Origin: a virus
Taxonomy: Duplodnaviria > Heunggongvirae > Uroviricota > Caudoviricetes
Length of the DNA stretch: 14,208 nt
Reading direction: 5' to 3' (one strand)
Virus record (IMG/VR): IMGVR_UViG_3300024270_000054
Part shown: one piece after another, positions 14,171 through 14,208 of the stretch
How the letters are laid out: the number at the start of each line of letters is the position of its first letter
How positions within the stretch are numbered: position 1 is the first letter of the stretch
Made by a program: the position numbers and the translations under genes
The notes under the pieces: generated by a model
What the model was told of the DNA's origin: nothing
Seen by the model: the letters and a program-made list of their open reading frames with translations, nothing else
Database searches by the model: none

Positions 14171-14208
14171 ATAAATGGATTTAGTTTTTACTCAACCACA
14201 TTAGATGG

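Larger units (their letters stand above)
1..14208 (-). mobile_element. Tailed phage/prophage tail-fibre and adhesin region carrying a DGR
   Basis: Co-oriented, tightly coupled minus-strand genes with fibre-type motifs (Mtd_N-like starts, DUF6273-like tips, shaft repeats) and a DGR. No housekeeping genes. No integrase, att site or capsid gene is visible, so phage versus prophage cannot be decided. Confidence 0.85.

Noticed and set aside
14188-14208. 3' end of an upstream gene (PSNVVE*)
   Set aside because: Only six codons are visible. Plausible given the terminator that follows, but too short to support.

Overview
About 14 kb of a tailed phage or prophage, probably from a gut Bacillota/Clostridia host (AGGAGG-type RBSs, core GC about 51%). 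All credible genes are on the minus strand and form a tail-fibre/adhesin module. The centre of the window is a complete diversity-generating retroelement (DGR) in the Bordetella BPP-1 gene order: target gene with a C-terminal variable repeat (VR 5778-5898), a downstream GGGA-loop hairpin, avd, template repeat (TR 5096-5216), structured spacer, then reverse transcriptase (YMDD). Over the 112-nt core, TR and VR differ at 25 positions, all of them TR adenines on the coding strand (25 of 35 A, 0 of 77 non-A). Upstream is a 1946-aa protein with an Mtd_N-like start, a LamG-like region, a CotH-kinase-like domain with apparently intact catalytic motifs, LRRs, three InlB-B-like repeats and a second DUF6273/CLec-like tip that does not match this TR. 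Downstream of the RT are a coupled uncharacterised ORF, a CBM5/12-like protein, a low-GC retropepsin cassette, a membrane protein and more fibre-like genes. Domain names come from motif recognition by eye, not from database searches.
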